The notes under the pieces are model-generated. The model was not told the DNA's origin, made no database searches, and was given only the letters and a program-made list of their open reading frames with translations. This document shows, one piece after another, positions 8,573-14,828 of a stretch of DNA of 31,085 bases; the first letter of the stretch is position 1; each line of letters starts with the position of its first letter. The translations under genes were made by a program, and so were the position numbers. The stretch is taken from positions 1-31,085 of IMG/VR virus record IMGVR_UViG_3300037634_000677. One strand, written 5' to 3'. Source of the stretch: a virus. Taxonomy: Duplodnaviria > Caudoviricetes.

Positions 8573-8964
8573 TGTACACAGAAGTAAAAGACTCAGGCCA
8601 TCGGGAAGACTTCACCACCGGCAGTGTCCGGGACACCCGGGAAGGCAAGGGTCGCTACGACCTCATCTCCCCGATCTTCACCGAACGCCTAGCGAAGCAC
8701 CTCGAGCTCGGGGCAGCGAAGTACGACGAGCGGAACTGGGAGAAGGGACAGGAGGTCAGCCGCTGCATGGACTCATGCAAGCGACACCTCAACAAGTACC
8801 TCGAGGGTCACCGGGACGAGGACCACCTTGCCGCCGCCTCCACCAACCTCATGTTCATCATCCATACCGAGGAGATGGTACGGCGGGGTAGGCTCCCGGT
8901 GACCCTGATCGACTGGCCGAACTATCTGGCCGAGTGGGATGACCAGGACGAGGACGACTGGTGA
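8572..8964 (+). CDS. DUF5664-like dATP/dGTP diphosphohydrolase-domain protein
   Basis: GSVRD..EGKGRYDL, GAAKY..RNWEKG, RHL, DEDHLAA..N pattern. Confidence 0.8.
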   Translation: MYTEVKDSGHREDFTTGSVRDTREGKGRYDLISPIFTERLAKHLELGAAKYDERNWEKGQEVSRCMDSCKRHLNKYLEGHRDEDHLAAASTNLMFIIHTEEMVRRGRLPVTLIDWPNYLAEWDDQDEDDW

Positions 8965-9335
8965 AGTACGTCTACCTCTCCGGTCCCATGACCGGCATCA
9001 AGGACTTCAACCGCCCCCTCTTCAACGAGGCAGCAGAGACCCTCCGTAGCCACTTCAAGTGGGACGTGTGGAACCCTGCGGAGCATGATGGCCCAGAGAT
9101 CGAGCAGTACGTGGAGCGGAGGAAGCTCCCTGACCACCTGTGGCAGGAGGTTCTGGACAAGGATCTAGCGGTCATCAAGGAGAAGTGCTGGGCTGTGGCT
9201 GTCCTCCCAGGCTGGACCGAGAGCCCCGGTGCCAGGGCCGAGGTGGATCACGCCCTTGAGAATGGCCTTAAGTTGTATCATATCAACAACTTAGGCTCCC
9301 TGCGGTACAGCACTGACAGCATCCTAGCCAATTAA
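8961..9335 (+). CDS. DUF4406 / nucleoside 2-deoxyribosyltransferase-like protein
   Basis: VYLSGPMTG..DFN..F, NPAE, LPGW.ES.GARAE...A...G pattern. Confidence 0.85.
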   Translation: MKYVYLSGPMTGIKDFNRPLFNEAAETLRSHFKWDVWNPAEHDGPEIEQYVERRKLPDHLWQEVLDKDLAVIKEKCWAVAVLPGWTESPGARAEVDHALENGLKLYHINNLGSLRYSTDSILAN

Positions 9336-9349
9336 CCCACCCCTTAGAA
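9330..9349 (+). promoter_or_regulatory. Putative phage RNAP late promoter (copy 2), predicted +1 G at 9347
   Basis: AATTAACCCACCCCTTAGAA at the boundary between replication and structural genes; first 9 nt identical to the T3 promoter. Confidence 0.82.
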
Positions 9350-9365
9350 CCCCAGAGGATTCTAA

Positions 9366-9542
9366 ATGAAGCACCTGCATATACCTAAGGATGTCATTAA
9401 GCACCTCGAGGGTCACATTAAACCCCTCCAGCCAAAGCCCTCGGAAACCATCGAGAGCATCATGTATCAGGCTGGGAGACTGCAAGTTCTTGAACATCTC
9501 AAGCACCTGCATGAAACCTATGACCAAGAGGAAACTGCCTGA
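9366..9542 (+). CDS. Small pre-portal protein (58 aa, absent from the ORF track)
   Basis: GAGGA RBS; MKHLHIPKDVIKHLEG...IMYQAGRLQVLEHLK; the IMYxAG motif resembles small pre-portal proteins of T7-like phages; TGATG coupling. Confidence 0.8.
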   Translation: MKHLHIPKDVIKHLEGHIKPLQPKPSETIESIMYQAGRLQVLEHLKHLHETYDQEETA

Positions 9543-9754
9543 TGTGTCTGTCATCCCCTAAGACTCCGAAGATCGAAGCCGTCAAACCGGCCACGCCCCC
9601 GCCCCCTCCTATCGCTCCTGAGCGTCCACAGGCATCTCCTGTGGTCCAGAGGAACCGGAAGAACAAGGTGCGGCGTAACTCACTCACCATCTCTAACCCC
9701 ACGACCGGGACCAATGCGAACAGCTCTGGCTCTGGTGTTAGCGTCCGTAGCTAA
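9542..9754 (+). CDS. Small virion protein (T7 gp6.7/7.3-like position)
   Basis: MC start, Pro-rich then basic segment, directly before the portal. Confidence 0.75.
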   Translation: MCLSSPKTPKIEAVKPATPPPPPIAPERPQASPVVQRNRKNKVRRNSLTISNPTTGTNANSSGSGVSVRS

Positions 9755-9759
9755 TAGAG

Positions 9760-11325
9760 ATGCAGACGAACATCACTGCCAAGGGGCGATACAACCAGCT
9801 CGCTTCTGAGCGGTTGAAGTTCCTTGAACGAGCCAGAGAGTGTAGCTGGTACACACTGCCCTACTTGATTCCCAAGGAAGGCACCACCAGCTCCACGGAG
9901 TTCCACACACCCTACGCAGCTCTGCCTGCCCAGTGTGTGAACAACCTAGCTGCCAAGCTCATCACAACCCTGCTCCCTCCTGGCACAGCCTTCTTTAAGC
10001 TGAACCTGGAGAGGCTCGCAGCGGAGCAGGTAGTAGAGATCCCGGCCCCAGGCGGGGAGAACCTCAAGGCGGTAACGGAGAAACAACTCCTCCGCACTGA
10101 GCTGATCGCTACCGATGAGATCGAGGGGATGTCCCTGAGGCCCAAGGCCTACGAGCTCTTCCGTCACCTCATCGTAGGGGGCAACGCTCTCCTCCTTGAG
10201 GACGGCGAGGACAGCCGTGTGCATCCTCTCTCCAACTACGTCTGCCGACGTGACGGGGTAGGCACTCCTGTCGAGATCATCGTCAAGGAGAGCACCAACT
10301 ACTGGGACCTCACCGAAGAACAGCAAGCCCAGGTCCAAGACTACGAACGTAAGGAAGAGGACCAAGGCGAGCTGGATGTCTACAAGTCCTGTACGTGGGA
10401 CTACGAAAAGAACAAGTGGGTTGTCTACCAAGAGATCAACGGCAACAAGCTCCAAGGGACCGAGGGTACTTACACCCGTGAGAACTTCCCTTACATCCCC
10501 CTCCGCTGGACTCGCCTCGACGGTGAGGACTACGGACGGAGCTATGTCGAAGAATACCTCGGGGATGTCATCTCCCTGGAGGAGCTGACCAAGTCAATCG
10601 TACAAGGGTCAGCCGTAGCATCACGAATCATCTACCTGGTCCAGCCGGGTGGTACAACGAATCCAAAGGAACTCGAGGACGCTGACAACGGTGCCTACGT
10701 GAAGGGAAGCCCGGACGAAGTCCAGGCCCTCCAGTCACAGAAGGCCCAGGATCTCCGCATTGCAGCAGAGATGGTCAGCAACATCGAGGCCTCCTTGAAG
10801 TCCGCCTTCCTCATGATGAGCTCTGTCCAACGACAGGCTGAGCGTGTGACGGCGGAAGAGATCCGACTCATGGCTCACGAGCTGGAGAATGCCCTCGGTG
10901 GTATCTACTCCCTGCTCGGCCAGGAGTTCCAGAGACCTCTGGTCCAGAGACTTCTCTCTCGCTTGAAGAAGCAGAAGAAGATCCCTGCACTCCCCGACGA
11001 ACTGGTGAACATCCAGATCATCACTGGCCTTGAGGCCCTCGGCAGGGGCCAGGACCTACAGCGACTACAGGTTGCTATCGGGTCCATCCCTCAGCCTCTT
11101 CTACCTGAGGTCCTCCCGTACCTGAATGCTACGGAGATGCTCAACCGCATCTTCGGTGCTGTGGGTGTGGACACTACAGGGCTTCTTAAGGATGCCGAAG
11201 AGGTAGCAGCCGAACGGCAGCAGGCCCAGATGCAGCAGATGGCCGAGAAGCTCGGTCCCCAAGCTATCCAACAAGCTGGTGCTATGGCACAACAGCAACA
11301 ACAACAGCAGCAACCTGAACAGTAA
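9760..11325 (+). CDS. gp8: Portal (head-tail connector) protein
   Basis: YTLPYL, VNNLAAKL, LIVGGN, GEDYGRSYVEEYLGD, RQAERVTAEEIR, LGGIYSLL, TGLEALGRGQD. Confidence 0.98.
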   Translation: MQTNITAKGRYNQLASERLKFLERARECSWYTLPYLIPKEGTTSSTEFHTPYAALPAQCVNNLAAKLITTLLPPGTAFFKLNLERLAAEQVVEIPAPGGENLKAVTEKQLLRTELIATDEIEGMSLRPKAYELFRHLIVGGNALLLEDGEDSRVHPLSNYVCRRDGVGTPVEIIVKESTNYWDLTEEQQAQVQDYERKEEDQGELDVYKSCTWDYEKNKWVVYQEINGNKLQGTEGTYTRENFPYIPLRWTRLDGEDYGRSYVEEYLGDVISLEELTKSIVQGSAVASRIIYLVQPGGTTNPKELEDADNGAYVKGSPDEVQALQSQKAQDLRIAAEMVSNIEASLKSAFLMMSSVQRQAERVTAEEIRLMAHELENALGGIYSLLGQEFQRPLVQRLLSRLKKQKKIPALPDELVNIQIITGLEALGRGQDLQRLQVAIGSIPQPLLPEVLPYLNATEMLNRIFGAVGVDTTGLLKDAEEVAAERQQAQMQQMAEKLGPQAIQQAGAMAQQQQQQQQPEQ

Positions 11326-11335
11326 GGAGCACTAG

Positions 11336-12148
11336 ATGCCCGAAGTACCCCTCGAGTCTGATCCTGCCATCGACCCTAAGGTCGAGGATGCAGTGAAGAA
11401 CGAGACTCCCATGCCAGGCTTAGAGAAGTTCTGGGATGAGGAGAGTAAAACCTACCGTCAAGAAGACATCCAGAAGAGCTACGTTGAGCTTCAAAAGAAG
11501 TTCAGCTCCAAGGCTCCTGAGGGTGGCGACAAGCCTGACCTGAGCATCGACAAGGGTGAGCCAGAGGATCCTAAGACTGAAGAGCCTAAGGATCCCGAGG
11601 TCAACCCTGAGCAGGTGGTCAGCGATGCTGGCTTAGACATGGATGCCCTCAACGCGGAGTACGCAGAGACGGGCGACCTGTCCAAGGACTCCAAGCAGGC
11701 CATCCTCGAACAGGTCAAGCACCTGGGCGTGGACGAGGCTGGCTTGGACCTGTACCTCAAGGCCCAGGCTGAGGCCTCAGCAGGCTTCGCTAAGGAGGTC
11801 TACGAGATCGTAGGAGGTGAGCAGGAATACCAGGCTCGCCTCGAGTGGGCACAGGCCAACCTAAGCCCTGACGAGATCCAGGCCTTCAATGACGTTGTCA
11901 ACGACAGCGACAAGGAGAAGGTCAAACTATCCGTGGCTGGACTCGATGCTCGATACCGGGACGCAGTGGGCTCGCCCCCTAAATCCCCAGTGTCTGGTAG
12001 ACGATCCTCGGCGGGTGGGGTTCAGCCCTTCGCTTCCCAGATGGAAGCAACCCAGGCAACCATGGACCCTCGGTATAGCACCGATGAGTCCTATCGCCGG
12101 GAAGTGACACAACGTCAAATTGAAACCCTGAGACTCCGAGGTAAGTAA
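11336..12148 (+). CDS. gp9: Capsid assembly scaffolding protein
   Basis: Acidic; YVELQKK, VGGEQEY...WA, DPRY..D..YR..V; position after portal; AAGGAG RBS. Confidence 0.93.
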   Translation: MPEVPLESDPAIDPKVEDAVKNETPMPGLEKFWDEESKTYRQEDIQKSYVELQKKFSSKAPEGGDKPDLSIDKGEPEDPKTEEPKDPEVNPEQVVSDAGLDMDALNAEYAETGDLSKDSKQAILEQVKHLGVDEAGLDLYLKAQAEASAGFAKEVYEIVGGEQEYQARLEWAQANLSPDEIQAFNDVVNDSDKEKVKLSVAGLDARYRDAVGSPPKSPVSGRRSSAGGVQPFASQMEATQATMDPRYSTDESYRREVTQRQIETLRLRGK

Positions 12149-12333
12149 TGGATACCGAAGCAATCGTAACCGCCATCGTAGCGGCACACGCCCTGGCAGT
12201 AGCAATCGTCAACCTGACCCCTACGCCTAAGGACAACGCCCTCTTGGGTAAAGCCTACAAGGTGATCGAAGTGGTCGCAGGTATTGTCACGTCTACAGCA
12301 AAGCAGGTGGCAGATGAACAGTCGGACAGTTGA
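12148..12333 (+). CDS. Small membrane protein, holin-like
   Basis: Hydrophobic N-terminal helix followed by NLTPTPKD..L...YKVIE; TAATG coupling. Confidence 0.65.
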   Translation: MDTEAIVTAIVAAHALAVAIVNLTPTPKDNALLGKAYKVIEVVAGIVTSTAKQVADEQSDS

Positions 12334-12712
12334 TCCCCTACGGATCCTAAGCGGCCTAGTAGTCTGCATCTTTGTCTGCATGGCCTTCGCCTCCCTCCCC
12401 GGATGCGTTGGGACTCCCCAGGCCAAGCAGACCTCCTACGAGGCCTTCGTGGTCGCGGGGGAAGCCAGAGCCTCAGTCATCACCTCGATCACTCTGCTCA
12501 ACGACGCAGGGTTCATTGACGAGGATGACTACGAGGACATTGACCTAGCAATCGAATTGACCGGCCAGGCCCTTCGGCTCTGGTCGGAGTCCCTACTGAA
12601 GGGCGAGCCCTCTCAAGAGGCCGAGCAGAAGTTCTACGAGAGCTTCGAGGTCCTTAAGGGTGTTCGAGATCCAGCCCTCTATCAAGCTAACCAACGGAAA
12701 CCTGACGCATGA
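12314..12712 (+). CDS. Putative lipoprotein
   Basis: From ATG 12314: MNSRTVDPLRILSGLVVCIFVCMAFASLPGC, a hydrophobic signal ending in a lipobox-like LPGC; helical mature part. Confidence 0.7.
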   Translation: MNSRTVDPLRILSGLVVCIFVCMAFASLPGCVGTPQAKQTSYEAFVVAGEARASVITSITLLNDAGFIDEDDYEDIDLAIELTGQALRLWSESLLKGEPSQEAEQKFYESFEVLKGVRDPALYQANQRKPDA

Positions 12713-12942
12713 GCGTAGACCCGAAGACCATCATCACTGGTGCCCACGTAGCCCTGTCGATCATTCGTGAACTTCAGAAGGCAGTGAACGTGTCCCGTGA
12801 CGCACGGAAAGAACTTGACCTGGCAACTGTCCAGTCCATCATTGATAAGAATATCAAGGTTGAGACTGAGTGGAAGAAGTCGAAGACTCGACGAAAGAAA
12901 GCGGAGAGTGAGACTCCCGCAGAGCCAGGCACTGAAGACTGA
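12709..12942 (+). CDS. Hypothetical protein
   Basis: ATGA overlap; amphipathic N-terminus and basic then acidic tail. Confidence 0.7.
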   Translation: MSVDPKTIITGAHVALSIIRELQKAVNVSRDARKELDLATVQSIIDKNIKVETEWKKSKTRRKKAESETPAEPGTED

Positions 12943-12946
12943 ATCT

Positions 12947-12983
12947 AACGTCAGGCTGAGGAAACTCGGTCTGATGTTTTGTC
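12947..12983 (+). terminator. Terminator-like hairpin upstream of the capsid leader
   Basis: AACGTCAGGCTGAG-GAAA-CTCGGTCTGATGTT followed by TTGTCT. Confidence 0.65.
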
Positions 12984-13144
12984 TCCCTTGGGATCCCTCA
13001 GAGACCCTACGGCAGATCCTGATAGGCCCTGGCCCCCTGCGGGGGATAACCGGACAACCTGTTGTTGACGCTAATGAAGTCCAAGAGAAGAGAACCCACC
13101 CCACGAGGGAGTGAACCTCCACCTCTAAAAAAGAGAAATGAATT

Positions 13145-14113
13145 ATGGCAGATGCCACCCCTAACCTGATCGGTCAGGACCTTGGTGCCGGTGCAGATGA
13201 TGCACTGTTTGAACAGCTCTTTATGAATGAGCTGCACGCTGCGTTCCTCGAAGCGAACGTCATGCGTGGCCGCACCACCGTCAAGTCCATCTCCCACGGT
13301 AAGTCCGCGACCTTTGACCGGACGTGGAAGACCGACGCTCAGTACCACACCGCTGGCACTGAACTCCTCGGTACCAACAACGTCCAGCACACTCAGAAGA
13401 CCATCCTGGTCGATGATCGTGTGTCCTCGGACATCTTTGTCAACGAGATTGATGAGCTCAAGAACCACTTCTCGGTTCGCAGCGAGTACGCCAAGCAGAT
13501 GGGCTTCGCCCTCTCCAAGGTCCTCGACATCAATATCATCCGTACCATCGCTAAGGCGGCCCGTGCGACTCCGGACTTCGGTGCGGCTGATGTCACCACG
13601 CCTGCCGACCGTACCATCACCAGTGCGACCATCGGCACTGACGCTGACGTGCTGAAGGACGCCTTCTACACGATTGCTCAGAAGTTCGATGAGGGTAACG
13701 TCCCAAGTGAAGACCGCTGCGTGGTCCTGGGTCCTGCCCAGTACTACCTCCTGTTCCAGACCACGGACAACTTCCTGTTGAACCGTGACTGGGCTGGTGG
13801 CGGCTCGATCCAGAATGCGTCGGTCCCGACCTTCATGGGTCTCGACGTCGTCCGCTCGAACCACATGACTGCTGCTACCCTCGGTAACAACTACGCAGGC
13901 GTTGCTGGTGAGAACAACGACTACACCGCTGACTTCTCCGACACTGTCGGTGTGGCCTTCCACCGAAGTGCAGTCGGCACGGTCCTCCTGAAGGACCTGG
14001 CTCTCAAGGTTGTCGATCAGCCTGAGAAGTACGGCACGTTGCTGCTCGGCAGCTACATCGCTGGCACCTCGGACTTGCGTCCTGAGTCGGCCATCGAGCT
14101 TACCTCTGCGTAA
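13145..14113 (+). CDS. gp10: Major capsid protein
   Basis: ALF...F..E, KSISHGKSATF, VRSEYAKQMGFAL...D, FHRSAVGTV...DL, LRPESA. Confidence 0.97.
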   Translation: MADATPNLIGQDLGAGADDALFEQLFMNELHAAFLEANVMRGRTTVKSISHGKSATFDRTWKTDAQYHTAGTELLGTNNVQHTQKTILVDDRVSSDIFVNEIDELKNHFSVRSEYAKQMGFALSKVLDINIIRTIAKAARATPDFGAADVTTPADRTITSATIGTDADVLKDAFYTIAQKFDEGNVPSEDRCVVLGPAQYYLLFQTTDNFLLNRDWAGGGSIQNASVPTFMGLDVVRSNHMTAATLGNNYAGVAGENNDYTADFSDTVGVAFHRSAVGTVLLKDLALKVVDQPEKYGTLLLGSYIAGTSDLRPESAIELTSA

Positions 14114-14140
14114 GCAACACAACTGAATAGGCTCCTGTGC

Positions 14141-14184
14141 GGGGACTCAGGGCGAAAGCTCTGGGTCCCTGTTTTTTCGTTTTT
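14141..14184 (+). terminator. T-phi-equivalent terminator after the capsid gene
   Basis: GGGACTCAGGGC-GAAA-GCTCTGGGTCCC followed by TGTTTTTTCGTTTTT. Confidence 0.9.
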
Positions 14185-14198
14185 AACCAAGGAACACA

Positions 14199-14828
14199 AT
14201 GGCAGACGAAACCGTAGCTATCACAGCACGAACATCACTGGAGGCCATGAACTCCATCCTGGCCTTGGTGGGGAACTCGCCTGCCACGGACTACAACTCT
14301 ACCTCGGACCTCGATGTCATCCTGGTACGCCAGGTGATCGAAGAGACTTCTCTTGAGGTCCAAGAGGACTCGTGGCAATTCAACCGCGAGCTAGAGATCG
14401 AACTGACCCCCAACGGATCCGATGAGGTAGTACTCTCTGAGGCGTTCACCGCTACAGGCTACACACCCTCAGAGATCGCACGCATCGACTTCATTGCGAA
14501 GAAGAACTGCGGCAAGGACATCATCATCCGAGGGGGCAAGGCGTATGACAGGGTAGACCACACCTACGAGTTCACCAGCTCCATCTACGCTGACGTTGTC
14601 TGGTACCTCCCCTGGCTGGATATACCCAATGACCTCCGGTACTACATCACTGTCCGTGCTGCACGTAAGTTCGCGGCTCGACGTATCGGCTCCGACCTGA
14701 TCGACGCCATGCTGCGTGAGCAGGAAGGCGTGGCCTACACCAGAGCCCGTGGTGCTGAGATGGACCGGGGAGACTACAACGCCCTGAAGAATAACCCGGT
14801 ACTCCGGAGGAGCCGTCGATGGCGTTAG
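14199..14828 (+). CDS. gp11: Tail tubular protein A (adaptor)
   Basis: LEAMNSILALVGNSP, VQEDSWQFNRE, RGGKAYD...HTYEF, YITVRAARKF. Confidence 0.95.
   Translation: MADETVAITARTSLEAMNSILALVGNSPATDYNSTSDLDVILVRQVIEETSLEVQEDSWQFNRELEIELTPNGSDEVVLSEAFTATGYTPSEIARIDFIAKKNCGKDIIIRGGKAYDRVDHTYEFTSSIYADVVWYLPWLDIPNDLRYYITVRAARKFAARRIGSDLIDAMLREQEGVAYTRARGAEMDRGDYNALKNNPVLRRSRRWR

Noticed and set aside
8572-9335. Z-genome (2-aminoadenine) pathway
   Set aside because: No purZ or HD-family dATPase is recognisable in the window; a diphosphohydrolase-like gene alone is insufficient.
11280-11322. CAA/CAG run at the portal 3' end
   Set aside because: Encodes a poly-Gln tail, a common low-complexity portal terminus; not a CRISPR array or regulatory repeat.
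12951-12980. CTGA/GAAA/CTGATG resembling a hammerhead ribozyme core
   Set aside because: The bases form one simple hairpin; the CUGAUGA...GAAA order and three-stem junction are absent.
13007-14122. Long minus-strand ORFs (371 aa here; also 16553-17326, 2007-2651, 2855-3610)
   Set aside because: Antisense shadows of strongly biased plus-strand genes; no motifs; the genome is unidirectional.
14090-14135. Possible T7 10A/10B-type capsid frameshift
   Set aside because: No slippery sequence near the stop, and the terminator follows closely, leaving no room for an extension.
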